A stretch of DNA of 64,000 nt from the human T2T-CHM13v2.0 reference genome, Homo sapiens, in NCBI RefSeq assembly GCF_009914755.1, contig NC_060925.1, one strand, 5' to 3'. The translations under genes and the position numbers were made by a program. Positions 19,005 to 33,919 of this stretch are shown in pieces. The stretch's first letter is position 1. Each line of letters opens with the position of its first letter. Under the pieces are notes generated by a model that saw only the letters and a program-made list of their open reading frames with translations, was not told where the DNA came from and made no database searches.

Positions 19005-20110
19005 ATATTTTGATTTAGCCATTTTAAAAACATCATTCTGACTGCCCAGTGAAAAATGGATTATAAGGGAACAAAGGTGGAAGCAGGCAGATTAGGAGAA
19101 TGCTATTGTAAATAATCCAGGGGAGAGATAATTACATGTTGCACTAGGCTGGTAGCAGAGGGTGACATGTGATCGGATTCTGGATATATTTTAAGAGAGT
19201 ACTGACTGTATTTGCTTCTCTTTTCTGTGTGGCCTGAGAAAAATAAATAACTGGCCACTGATGTCAGAGTTTTTGGCTTGAGCTACTAGAAGACTTGCTG
19301 TTTACTCAAATATAGAAGAGAGATTTGGAGGATAAAATCAAGATTTTGGAGATGTTGAGATGCATTTAAGACATCCAAGTGACTATGTCCATTAATCAAT
19401 TTCATGTAACATTGAGTTCAAGGAAAAGATAGGGAAGGAAATATGAGTTTGGGAGTCATCAGTATATAGATGGTTTTTAAAGCTGTTAGAATGAAATGGG
19501 CGAGATTACTTACGGAGTGAGTTTAGATGAAGACATCATCCGAAGACATCATCCAAAGACTGCACCCTCGACCACTCCAGTGTTTGGGAGTTGGACGTAT
19601 GAGGAGGATCAGGCAAAGGAGCCCAAGAAAGTACAACCAGTGAGGTGGGAGGAGAATCAAGATAGAAATCCAGTAAACTAAGTCTATCAAGAATGACACA
19701 GTAGTCAAGTGCTGATAGGTGAAGTCTGATGAAGCCTAGAATTCCACTGGATTCAACAATTTAGGTGTCACTGGTGATCTTAAGAACAGTTTCAATGGAG
19801 AGGCAGGAATGAAAGCCCAGCTGGATTGGAAATCAGCAGATATAGATAGCTCTTAAAAATAGTTTTGCTATAAAAGGATGATAGGAAACGAGGACACATT
19901 AGTAAGTGGATGTGGGTTGAGAGTTTTTTATTAAAATGGGCAATATAGCATGTTTGTATGTTGTTAGAAAGGATGTAACAGAAAATTTGATAGTGTCAGA
20001 GAAAGAGGACATAATTGTAGGATAATTTGATGAATAGGCAAGAAAAGATGTATATGTTGACTAGTGGAGGGGTTGAATTTGGGAGCAGAGATAGCTCATT
20101 GTAACGGAAG
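19005..20110 (-). mobile_element. L2 fragment
   Basis: tttaaaaacatcattctgactgc..., gagtttgggagtcatcagtatatagatggt, ggtgtcactggtgatcttaagaacagtttcaatggag. Confidence 0.75.
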
Positions 20111-20134
20111 GAAAGGTGAGGCATGGCTACAGAG

Positions 20135-20430
20135 GTAATAACTGACAGTTCAGTGTACTTACTATGTGCCAGGTTCTGTTCTAAGCACTCTCCATGTGTT
20201 AATTTAATTGTTGCAGCAGCTCTCTGAGGTAGGTATTATTATATCTTCATTTTAGAGGTGAGAGAACTGAGGCATAGCTATATTAGGTAGCTAGTGTAAA
20301 AATACAGAAAACAAAATGGCAGCAACTAAGTAACTTGCTCAAGATCTCACAGCCAATAAGTAATTTGCCCATGATCATATCAAGTAAATGACAGAGCCAG
20401 TTTCTGAATCTAAACCACTCTGGTTTTAGA
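20135..20430 (-). mobile_element. MIR
   Basis: cttactatgtgccagg...gaggtaggtattattatatcttcattttagaggtgagagaactgaggc. Confidence 0.75.
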
Positions 20431-20441
20431 GCCAGAACAGG

Positions 20442-20772
<331 letters not shown>

Positions 20773-23700
20773 TAGATTAGTTTTTATAAGAGCATGTAGA
20801 AGTTCTAGTGAGTAAGTGAATAAACTAGGAAAATCGATAACCCTGGCCCAGGCAGTACTTGAAGCTTCTAGTCATGATTTTAAAGAGAGATTATGAGAAT
20901 GGCAGTATGGTGGGTAAGAAAACAAAATATTTTGATGACTAAATAAACAGTCAAATAGAGATCTCCACTCAGTTTCTAAAATGCAAGATTTATTACTTGC
21001 TTCAATATAAATTTATGAGGCATCATCTTAGACTCTTAGAGTTACATAGAAAACAACATAGTTTCTACCTTTGAGGTTTATAATCAATGTAGGTGGGAAT
21101 GCATACTCATAAGAGATTATTTAACAAAGTAACTGAAACACTGAGGCTGTTTCACATTTCTTGACCACTTTTTTTCCTGTAAAACAAGTCACTTCATTCA
21201 TTCATTCATTCAACTTTTAAGTCTTAATCATCTATTCTTTCTTGGGGACTTTAACAGACACTGCTGATTTAAAGATGAGTAAGGATAGTTTCTACCCTCA
21301 AGGTTTACCATGTTATAGAGGCATGCAGACCTTTAAACAGAAAATTGTGATATTATCAATAAATCCTTCTGTAAGCATTGTAGACCTAATGGAAATTTTT
21401 GAATGTACACAGAAATAAAATAATACAATGAAGTCTCATGTGCCCACTGCCCAACTTCAATAAAGACAATATCTAACAAATTTCTTTAAGCTGAGACTCC
21501 CATTGGGTTTTTCTTTTTTTTTTTTGGAAGGTAATATTGGAGTAGGAAGAACATTGATTAACAGAGAAACAAATTGGGAAGTAATTGCATGGGTTGATGA
21601 TATTTATACCAGACTCACTGACCCTATGTACAGAGATGAGGCTCCAAATGGGAAAAGACTTCTGAGGTAGAAATGACAGGGTTGCTCAGCTGAAATTCAG
21701 TGTACATTTTTTTCAGAAATAAAATATTTCTAATAATATTTTTATTAATGGACTTTAGGAAATTATTTAAAGATCTGAGGGAACTGTTTTAAAAAACTAA
21801 CATAATTGATTCTTAGACCTTTAGAAAACTTGTTGGATTTTTTACAATTCAAATTTTTTTTATTTGGGCCATTATTATAATTATGTCATGATATGAAAAG
21901 GGTAACATTTGTGTAAACTACAGAAGTATAAACTACTATGTCTTTTATACGAGGATTGTCAAATATTTTTAATTGTGCTCAAATTTCTTTTTGAAACATT
22001 CGATTTAGAAATTTCCTAAGTGTCGGGAAAAATAGGTAGGCATTTACATATAGACATTTTTGTGATTTATGTAGGTAAAGCACCTGTCATGTGGAGTCCT
22101 ACACTTTGTGCTTTGGGGAAATATTTTTTAAAGTGAGGATACAGTATATATGCTCAGTGAAATTTTAAACGTGTTTGAAAAGATTTTGAACTTACTCTTA
22201 AATAGCTAGATCATTCTTTTAAAAAAGCAAAACATGAATAAAGTCAGAATTCTTATAATTAAATACACTATCAGAAAGATGTAAAGGAAAAATATTTCAA
22301 TACTAATTTGAAATCATTAGAAAAAATAAAAATAATATAGAAAACTAAGAACAGACTGTATAAAAAGTTCAGTACTGGAGGTCTTTATAACAGATTGGAG
22401 ATACAGGTGTATTGAAATAACTACATGAAAAAAGCACATAAGCTAAAGAAAGAAAGGTTGAGAGAGAGAGAGAAAAAACATTTGGGATAGGAGAACTTGT
22501 AAAAACAAAACTAAACGTGGTAGCAAGATTTCTTTTATATGTTGAATATATTCAGAATGGTAATGCTGATGATTTAACTATTATTTAAATAATTTAAAGG
22601 ATTAGGCAGAATAATATCTGGATAACTGCTTCAGGTTTTGAGATGCATGGAAAACTTAAAAAAGTTTAAAGACAAAAATAAAGGTAGTGCTTACTGTGAA
22701 TACTTAGTAAGTCAACTTTTAGCAGGAAGAATATGCAGGAAGATTTTCTAACCAAAAAGACTAAGTGAACATTGGAGGAAAATAATTGGGTATTGGATTA
22801 TTACATCAAGTAAAGTCACCTTCAAATCGGTCATTCTTTTTTATTGAGTAAGAGAAAATTGGTACATAGCCACCTACTTCCACCTCCTATCAAAATTTCT
22901 GTAATTCCATTGGTGACTTTTCAGTGGTCACATTCAATGACTTTTATCCCCCTCATCTCTTGCTTTTTCTGCTGTTTTTATTGAATAAGAGAAAATTGAT
23001 ACATATTTAGTAGGCATTTTAATTGTATTTTCATGGCTATTCATTACTTATCAGCAGAGTGGGAAAATGTATTCTGAATTAATATGCTTTTCATCTTCAT
23101 AATGACCTTTAATCTATCCTTTTTCTTGAAACATTTCTTAATGTAGGTCGTATAACTTCTCCGTATCTAGTTCTTCTCATTATTGCGGGATGGAGAAATC
23201 TCCGACCTTTCTTGATGCCACCTCATCTTTTAATTTCAGTTATAGTCTTTTCCTTTCTAGAGAGAACTTTTTCAAATAGGTCATGCTGCTGGTGTCATAT
23301 TCTCATATCTCATAGCCACCTACTTCCACCTCCTATCAAAATTTCTCTAATTCCATTGGTGACTTTTCAGTGGTCACATTCAATGACTTTTATCCCCCTC
23401 ATCTCTTGCTTTTTCTGCTGTTTTTGTTAGAAATAACTCTTTCCCTTTGAAATTTTATCTCCCAATAGACATCTTTAAAAGTAGAGTTCTTATATGCCTA
23501 AGTAGTTTCAAGAAAATCCTCTTTGAAAGCAAAGGAAATCCACTAGATGAGTCCATGACATTTTTTTGATCCTATTAAATTCAGTGAGAATGTTTGCTTC
23601 TAAAAAAGCATTCTTTTTTGTTTAGCTTTAGTAATTGACATATTAATTTCATTTCATAATTATATTCATTCACTTACCAAAAATGTATTAAATGCCTTTT

Positions 23701-24579
23701 ATATGTGGGGCACTGTTTCTAGGTGCTTAAGATATATAAGTAAAGAAGACAAAGATTCTTGCCATTGTGGAGTTTCTATTCATGCATTAAAACCTAGCCA
23801 ATTACTGTATGATTAATAGATATTTGATTTATGTATGACTTTAAAAATAATTGTATTAGGTATCCGTCTTGTTTCTAGGGTAGAGTTCAGCATGTATCAT
23901 AACTAGTTGCCTATTTTCAAGTTCCTGATAACTGCAGTTAATGTATCAAAGCAATGGCAATGTGTAATTACATTTTAATCAGAAATATTGAAAGCAATGA
24001 TTATTTTTATAAATTTCTCTTTTATTTATTTGGATCTTCTCTGATCATAGATATATACTAGCAGCATCTAGCTTAATATTTATTAGTACTTCTCAAGTGA
24101 TAGGGTGCTGTATGCAGTATAATTGCTGTACTGTTACTTGGGATAACCAGTAAAATAAGGCTGTTAATCAAGCAGTGTTATGAGTGACCCAGTTCTTTTT
24201 AAATGCCTGTCTCTAAAGATAAATAGTGCTTTGATTTTTAAGAGAGGAGAAAAGACATTTTCATTATGCCTGGCCAAACAAGTGGCTGAGGGTCAGCTAG
24301 AAACTGAATGTCAATTGAGTTAGATTATATTATGGTAAAGTATTCATTGGGGACTGTTGACTATTAATCTTAAGGAGTATGTTTATGTACGTGTGTATGC
24401 ATGTGTAGGAAGAGATATTCAAACTTTAAAATATAGTTAAATCATTATGTTATTATATATCATTATATAAAATATTACAGTTAAATCATTATGCAAAATA
24501 ATCTGGGCCAACCGAGTATTTAATCAAGCTGCTTGTTACTTTCATTCTGCCTACAATGTTGGAAATATGTTATAGTAGG

Positions 24580-25260
24580 TCCAGTGAATGTTAGGAGGCT
24601 ATTGCAGAAGTCTGGGGAGGATAAAGTTGGTTGCAGTTGAGATGGAAGTGCATGAACTTTGTAGAGGTTGAGAAAATAAGATGTATTAGACTTGGTGGTG
24701 GATTAGTAATAGATGATGGGGCAAAAATAATTCCTAGGTTTCCAGTTTGGATGGAGTGTGGTAACAATTTCTGAGGTGGAATACCCTGGAAAACGACCAG
24801 GTTAGGGAGAAGAAACTGAGTTCAGACTTGGGCATACTGACTTTGAGGTGCCTTTGAGCTTCTAGAACTTGGGATACATGTTTATAGGTGATAATGCCTA
24901 GAGACAAGAGAATGAAAGAAAAGGGCAAGAGTAAAGAGAGATAACTTCAAGCCCTTAAGAGGTTAATAGAGGAGAAGCAATCAACAATGGAGTTTGTGAA
25001 GGTGGATAAAGAAGTAGTGCTTTGTCACTGAAGCCAAGGGAAACAGATTGGTCCACAGTGAAAGGAGTGAAAATATGTCTTGAATCCAGTGGGGCATGGA
25101 GAGAAGTCATAGATCATTTAAGTGAAAACTTTTCAAGGAGAGATGCAGAAGCCATGTTGAACTGAATTGAGGTAGGAGTTGGAGGGGAAGAAATAGAGAT
25201 AGTGCTTCCATACCAACTCTTGAAATTTGTTGCACAGGGTAAGAGTGTGATGGAGAATTG
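24580..25260 (-). mobile_element. L2 fragment
   Basis: gttaggaggctattgcag..., ctgagttcagacttgggcatactgactttgaggtgcct, gtcactgaagccaaggg. Confidence 0.65.
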
Positions 25261-25300
25261 CGCATGGCATTGAAGAAAGGATTTTTTTCAATGTTCTTAA

Positions 25301-25608
25301 TTTTTAAATTTTGAGACAGAGTTTCACTCTGATGCCCTGCCTGGTGTGACCTTAGCTCATTTGGTCTCAACCTCTGAGGCTCAGGTGATTCTCCCACCTC
25401 AGCCTCCCAAGTAGCTGGAACTACAGGCACATGCCACCATGGCCGGCTAAGTTTTTTGTATTTTGTTTTTTTTCTAGAGATGAGGTTTTGCCATGTTGCC
25501 CAGTCTGGAACTGGTCTGGAACTGGTCTGAACGCCTGGGCTCAAACGATCCGCCTGCTTTGGCCTCCCAAAGTGCTGGGATTATGGATATGAGCCACTGT
25601 GCCCAGCC
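25301..25608 (-). mobile_element. AluJ-type SINE
   Basis: Diverged antisense Alu with an internal small tandem repeat (tctggaactgg). Confidence 0.88.
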
Positions 25609-27860
25609 AAGAAAGGATTCTTTCACATGCAGTTTTAATTAATTTAATTTATTGGAGTTTTAATAGCTGTAGAGACACAGTGATGACTTGCTGATCTCTA
25701 TATAACATGTAACATATACTATATTTAACTACTTTGGATTTCCCTTACATGATATTATAAATTATTGGACTCATAATTTAGAATATTTTGCATTTAATTT
25801 GAGAGGAAATGACCTTTGCTCTTTGTACATCATTGCTTTTAATTAACCCAGTTTTCTATACTAATACCCTTAACCCATATGTTTTTCCTATTCAACAGTA
25901 TAATCACAGCCAAACATTAAATTACAAAAAGATCCTTTTATGACTAATCCTGGCTCTCTTGTGGCATAATATTCCTTGTCAAATAGTTTATTCAGGTGGA
26001 AGTCTTCTGAAGAATAATTAATACTCTTCCTCTACTTGACATATTTTGTGAAGCATAATTATCTATGATGTTTTTCCAAATTAACTAAAATTATGTTTTA
26101 ATTTAAAGCCACGAGAGAAGTTTAAAGAATTGAAATGACTTCTTGTGTTTTATGATTATAAAAGAATTTAAAATCATTATAAATATTTCAGACAGCATAG
26201 GAAAATAAAAGGGCTGCTTTCCCTTTTAATTCTATTACACAGATATTTTGGAGTATGTTCTTCCATATTATTTTTCTATGCATGTCTAAAAGCAGGTTTC
26301 AAAATAGCGGTTATGGAGGTGTATTTAAACTAACACCTATTTACTAATTTGAAACTTGCTTTTGTCACTTGGCAGCATAACTGTTATTTTAAGGTATGGT
26401 AGCACGTTAAGTCATATAAACTCTGCCTTTCTCTAGTTTATTTTTGCTTCAAGCCCATCAGTATTATCAGCTTAGTTTCTCTAACCCAACAATACAAAAG
26501 CTTAGCTAGAAAAGGCTAAAAGAAACCATTAAATCTGATGGTTTACTAAAATTATTAATGGGATGAGTTTACTTGAACTTGTTTCAGTTGTGGAAGTTTT
26601 AGTTTTTTTCTGAGATAGCCCAAATATGACAGTATGGGGAAAGCAAGGAATATATTTTCAGAGGAAGGTATGCCAATACTGGGGTTTGAGCTAGAGGTAG
26701 AAGAGTGTGTATAATCTAGTGAAGCAGGTGGGAGGCCACTTTTAGAAAATAGACATGTGGATTCTATGACTTTCGAGGCTCAAAACTTGAAACCAGAGCC
26801 TGGGGTGTTAGATCAAACCAGAGTACATTGTCAAGGTTTGGAGTCCCAGTGGTTGCACCAGAGTCAGCTCTAATAGATAAAAAATGAGCAACAAATACAA
26901 GTAAAGTCTGAGCAAAAAGGCATAGAATATAGTTCCAGATTCAAGCTAGGCACCAGGAAAAAGATGACAAATGAAATTGCATTCACAATATTGAGATATG
27001 CAATTCAGTTTCTTGGTCAGATGGGCATAGTAGCATATTTACTATGTTGTGATCATTGATTTTAGGAGGAGAGATCTTTGCCTTTGTTCTGACGCTGCAC
27101 ACCTTTGGGATGTGGTAAAGCCTGATAAGTATGTGTTGCTTCCCCAGCAAGTTGGAGTTGTTGTGTAGGTTCTGGTGATTGTAGGAAAGGGTTAGGTCCT
27201 TCCTTTAATGAGCACTTGCTGTTGTAACAAGTCAGGGAGACAAATTCAGACATGTAAACAATAATGAACTCTTCTTACTAGAAAACCTATCTTAGGTTGT
27301 TTTAACTTGGAGGTTCATTGATATCTAAGTTTATGCTTGAACAAAGAATTCCAAGTTAGGTCATCAAGAGATAGGGCTTCCTGGAGGACCTGGGAGTCAG
27401 GATGTGGCCGCCAGGTAAAACTTGACTATAATATGTATGCCTTATGCCTCCTATACTGTGGAGTCTGTCTTTGGCACTTGGCCCAGCTCAGCTTGGCCTC
27501 AGAGAAGTGGGTATAGTCAAGGTGTGATAGGCCTATGATCCGTTTTCAACATCATTTCCTGAACCCTATTTCCTACCACACATCATTGTCCAGCTTGCTG
27601 TACATTCATTTCAGGGAATCCAGATGGTTCTTTTTATGCCTTGAAATGTTGCCTAGCAATATATAACTAACACGTTAATTATTATGAGTAAGTCCATAGG
27701 ATGATTTTTAAAAGTAAGTGAGAAGAAGAACAAGCTTTTCCTGGAGGTAGAATTACCTGGTTCACCAATAAGAAGATGAGATCAATAAAAAAATTGAAGA
27801 TATAACTGAGCTTAAGCAGTACTATTGTTTAATGCCCCCCCACAAACTGTTTTCTCTTGA

Positions 27861-28148
<288 letters not shown>

Positions 28149-29670
28149 TGACCTATTAAATAAATCCTAGTTTTCATAGCTCCCATAAGTCATAAATGCT
28201 TTGAACTTCTTCATGAATATATTGAGGTCGTGAAGTCAGTACTTCTACCTTTTGTTCTGAACACTTGTAGTGGTAAACAATGCACTTAGTCATCTATGAA
28301 CATTGTATGCCTTGGTTTTTATCTTTTCATTCAAGTGATTTTATAATAGCTATTTACCAAATTGGAATATATTTATATTTCAAGTGTTTTCTAACTTTTC
28401 AATTAACCTTTTTTAATTGTATGAGATTTATATAGTTATAATCATACATAGTTACTCTTGTATAATTTTACAATAACATTAAAATGAAATTAAAAATTCT
28501 TCTGTGCTTATGTCACCTTACATTTAAATAATGTAGATACTTGCCCTTTTTCTGTCAGGGGCCCTTGGTTCCACTGTAAATTCCTTTGCTTATGTCTAAA
28601 TACCTGGTTTTAGAGCATAAGTAAAGGTAGGTGTTGGCCTTGACCCTGGACTCACCACCCTAGGTCTTACCACCTAATTACTTAATCTACTCTAAGTACT
28701 GTATTTTAAAATAATAGTAAAATTTTATTTTTTAATTTAAAGGAACCTCTCCTCATAAATGAGATTTTTATAATCAAGACTTTGTTCCTCAGACTATATG
28801 AACTTTTAGAACTTTTTATCTGCTGTAATTTCTTTTTACTTTTCTTTCCTCTTTGCCTCCTTCCCTTCCATAAATATTTTCTGAGTGCCTAGTATAATTA
28901 TCACTGCTGAATTCAGTTTTTTTTTTTTAATTTAACTTTTTTTTTTTTAAATTGATGGCCTCTGCATTGGAATATGCAAGATGATCCATTGGTGTGTGGG
29001 AAAAAATGTCCAAAGTTCCATTTGTATTTCTTTTAAATAAGTACACCAAAGGATACTAAGCTGTACTAATATTTGGTGTGCCATAGTACTGAGGCTTTAT
29101 GAGGTCCTTGGGTCCAGTGGCCACTGGTCCCACATGGTTCAGGAGTGACCTTAGGGAAGAATGGAACTTACACACTTTGGAGGAATAATTGTGGGGCTCA
29201 CACTCGTATATTAACTTCCAAAATATTATAGGTTTCTTGCAGTTTGCATGTGTTAGATTAAGTGGATTTACAGGTTATCTAGATGTAACTTAATCCTCAT
29301 AAAATGTGTGATTGGCTTAAAAAGATTACTATCACAGGATGCTGCATGTCAAGTTTTTTTTTTAATTTAATATGTTCCTTCAGGGAAGAATTAATATTAT
29401 GATAATGACAAAGCAACTACTTTTGGAAACAAACTCATGTAACAAAGATGGACATTTTGAAACATATGGCGGTTTAAACACCTCTGTGATTTTTTTCATT
29501 GAAATAACATGCATCACTATAAAAAACTCTTACATCTTCACACTTAAAAACCTGGAATCAGAAACTTTAAATATGTTTAAAACTTATACAAGTAGTTGCA
29601 GAGAATTTGGAACTGATTGTTAAAAGCATATAAACACAACACCTTCTGATTTGTTCATATGAATATCTAG

Positions 29671-29825
29671 AAGCTGGTGTGGTGGCATATGCCTGGAGTC
29701 TCAGCTATTGAGAGGCTGAAGTGGGAGGACTGCCTGAGGCCAGGAACTTGCACCTGTGACTAGCCACTACACTTTGGCTTGGGCAACATAGCAAGACCCT
29801 GTCTCTAAAAAAAAAAAAAAAAAAG
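29671..29825 (+). mobile_element. FAM/FLAM Alu monomer
   Basis: cacctgtgactagccactacac...gggcaacatagcaagaccctgtctct plus A-tail. Confidence 0.75.
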
Positions 29826-30059
29826 AAAGAATACCTAGAGAAAGTAGATATTTCCTAGCCAAATTTCAACAAAATGATTGATGAGTGGGACTGAAAAAAT
29901 GATGTACGTCTACTTGGGTCTGTGGATCTTTGTAAGTCTTTTTTAGATATGATAACAAAACCATGAATCAAAAAACTGATGCAGAAACAAGTTTTCATTG
30001 TTGTTTTATAAACTGCTATAACAAACATATTAAAAATAGTGACCCATATTTTATGATTA

Positions 30060-30330
30060 TTTTTATATAAAATGTTTAGAATAGGCAAACCTATAGAGAC
30101 AGAAAGTAGACTAATAGTTGCCAGGGGTTGGAGGAAAAAGGAATTGGGGGTCACTGCTAACAGATATATGGAGTTTGTTTTTAGATGATGGAAATATTCT
30201 GGAATTAGACGGTGGTGACAGTTGCTCAAGATTATGAATATACTAAAAACCACTGAATTGTACACTTCTAAATGGTGAATTTTATGTTATGTTTAACACA
30301 ATAGAAAAATTTCACACACACAAAAAAAGA
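30060..30330 (+). mobile_element. L1MB-like 3' end fragment
   Basis: ataggcaaacctatagagacagaaagtagact...aaaccactgaattgtacactt. Confidence 0.8.
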
Positions 30331-30825
30331 TCCATATTCAATATTGAATAGTATTTTATAGCATTTTTAATTATCTTTTTTACATCCTATCTAAATTTCT
30401 GTGCTTTATAATATCTATAATATATTAGTATAATAGCACTTGTACATGATAAATATATATATGTTAGATATTTATGCCTAGAAGTTTTTATCGATGGAGT
30501 ATCTGATTGAAATTTTCAGAGATCATAACTCTGGGTATCAAATTACTTTTTCTTGTAAATAATAAACTAAATTATATACTTTTATTGGCTGCCATGGGGT
30601 AGGAGGTAACTGCCATACCCCTTTTTTCACTAAGAGGCTTTCATAATTCATACCTTTAAAAATTTTAAGGGAAAAATGTAAAGAATACCATCCCCTGATA
30701 TTATTTATGAATTCTTGATAAACAGTGTATGTTCATATAGTGAGAAAATTTTTATCATTTATACCAAACACCATGGTAGTTTTAACTATACAACTTGCAA
30801 AAAATACTTTAAGATCAAGAGATAG

Positions 30826-31130
<305 letters not shown>

Positions 31131-31716
31131 GAATGGCAAAAATCATTTTCATTGAATAAAATATATGGAAGATACTTGGAGGCTGATAAATTACATTTTT
31201 TAGATTTCTTCCCTCTGGAGTTCTAGCTGTGATTTACTTTCTGCCAGTGAAGATTGCGGGGAGGCAAAAGCCATATTTTCTCTGGCAGTGTGGTTGGCAG
31301 ATACCTGGGCTTCACCAGTTGTGAGGTTTTTGCATCTGCCTCTGGGCATTTCATTCTCAATCACTTGCCTTCACTCTGGGGTTACTGTTTCCTGTGGTTT
31401 CCTATCCTGAGTGGCCACAGCAGCCTTCTGATTCTCTGGACTGTAGCTGTGGTGACACACCTAAAGAGCTGGAAGGGCAAAAGACTGCTACAGCAGGATG
31501 TTCAGTCTTCAGTCTTTTGCCCTTTCAGCTCTTTCAGTGTTTAAGGACCTTCATTCCTGCATTACATCTTTTTTGAAATAGTTTACCTGATTAAACCCTG
31601 TCTGATACACTTGGCATGTATTTTTCTCCTTGTTTTCACAAGATGGCTTTTCTACACCCAGCATTACATTTAGAAAAGAAGAAAAGAAAAACAAAGTCTA
31701 CTCAAGGTAGCCAGAC

Positions 31717-32556
31717 TTGAGGCTAAGAGCCCAGTCCTCCAGACTGCCAGCTTTGTTCAAGACTTCTGACATCAGCCACAATTTGGGGGTTCTTAGTGCC
31801 ACCCTGACTTCAGACCAACTAGCTTCAAACTTGTAGATCCTCACAGACTTCCTCAGGTTTGATAATTTGCGAGAATAACTCACAGAACTCAGTAAAGTGC
31901 TATACTTAAACAATTGTAGTTTAGTGTTTTTGTTTGTTTGTTTTTTTAGTAGCAAAAAGATACAAATCTGAACCAGCCAAAGGAAGACATGTATAGGGCA
32001 GAATGTGGGACTAGGAGAATTCCAAATTTGAAGCTTCCATCATTCTCACGGATATGTTACCCTCCTGGTATTATCCTCAAGGGCTCATTACCTGCCTAGC
32101 ATCAATATGTAGCAATATACACTTGGAATATTGCCAATCAGGAAGCTCACCTAGTTTTGGTGTCCAGAGTTTTTATTGGAGTTTTATTACATAGGCATGA
32201 TTGATTGGATCATTACCTATCTGGTAGAACTCAATCTCTACGCTCCCCTTCTTTCCTCCCCAGAGGAAAAGAAGGTAGGGACACAGCCAAACCATATTGT
32301 ATTGGGGCTGTTGCGTGGCTCAAAACCCCAGTGCTGTAATCACATGGTCGGTCTTTGTGGCTTGGCCAGCCTACGTCATGAGTCTTCTTCTTAGTGTAAA
32401 CTATCTGGGGGCTTACCATGAATCATCTGATTAACATAAACTATCAGATGTGGTTAGAGGGGCCCACCACAAATAACAATCCTGTTATTCAGGAAATTTC
32501 AAGGGTTAAAAGGTTACTGTCCATGGGCTGGAAAAAAGGCTAGACCTCTCTTTGGC
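31717..32556 (-). mobile_element. MER21-family LTR
   Basis: caggtttgataatttgcgagaataactcacagaactcag, ggtgtccagagtttttattgg, ataggcatgattgatt. Confidence 0.75.
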
Positions 32557-33552
32557 ATTTCTGAACCCAGTCTATCACCCTTTTAAAGACTTTTTCTTAA
32601 GCACCAAACAACAACTCCATCTATATATTCTTGACCAGAATTCTGGCTACTATCTTCATGGAAAACTAGAAATGTTTTTTAAAAGATAGACACATTGATT
32701 TATCCCTCCACCCCCGAAAATCTAGGCTTTTTGTAAACAGGAAAGAGAAAATAGGTATTGAGTAGAAAACTACCTTTCTGTTCCCCAACTGCCTCTTAAT
32801 AGTGACACTAGTTGAGATCTATTATGGAATGAATTATTCTAAAAATATATGTAAACTTAATTTATTTTAGAACTGTAAATATTTACTAATTGCCACTTGA
32901 GATTGATTAGCAATGTGTAATTCAGTTAGTATAATAAATATTTTCACATTCAGCTTATAAATCTATGACAACTTTAAGTTTTTAATGTTATTTCTATTGT
33001 TAATACAGTTATCAAAAACATTTTCATACAAACAATATAGAAATGTGTGGCTCTAATCATGTGCGTTTATTCAGGGTCTCAAATCATAAGACTTCTTTGA
33101 CATAAAGTACAGTGGTATATTTAATTTCATTGTCTTCCTTGCATTATAGTAAAATGAATAATGTCATTTTTTCTAAAAATGATTTTTTCCTTTCACTGTC
33201 CTTGGGGTAGCAATGAGATGACAAGTGCCTGTAGCCAAGAGTGTATGTGGGTACTTTGGTGGTGAATACATCTGAGCTTATAGTCACTAAGTGGAAAGGG
33301 CATGAACACTCAAGAGTATTTTCTGTAAGAAGTGCCTGCATATTTGGCACTTGTTGGTCATGGTTCAGCAGCTGTTCGTCCTTTCTTTTGGTCCAGTTAA
33401 TTTTTCCTGTCTTATTAAGGGAATGGCAAGATTTCAAGGTTAGTTAATGAAATGGTTCAGCTTGAACAAACAATTGCTTTATAAAAAATTGCTTTATAAA
33501 AACCCTACCAGAGGCCTCAGATTACACAGGGAAGAAGGAATATGAAGTATTT

Positions 33553-33919
33553 TATATTTGTCTGTTCTCACACTGCTATAAGGACCTACCTGAGACTGGG
33601 CAATTTATAAAGGAAAGAGGTTTAATTGACTCACAGTTTCACAGGGCTGGGAGGCCTCAGCAAATTTACAATCGTGGCGGAAAGGGAAGCTAACACATCC
33701 TTCTTCTCATGGTGGCAGAAAGGAGAAGAATGAGCAGGGGAAATGCCAGATGCTTATAAAACCATCAGATCTCGTGGGAACTCATTATCACGAGAACACT
33801 GTGGGGTAAACCGCCCCCATGATTCGGTTATCTCCACCTGGTCCCTCCCACGACACATGAGGATTATGGGAACTACAATTCAAATGAGATTTGGGTAGGG
33901 ACACAGCCAAACCATATCA
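33553..33919 (-). mobile_element. THE1 (THE1C/D-like) MaLR solo LTR with 5-bp TSD TATTT
   Basis: Ends ...gggacacagccaaaccatatca; tattt at 33548-33552 and 33920-33924. Confidence 0.92.
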
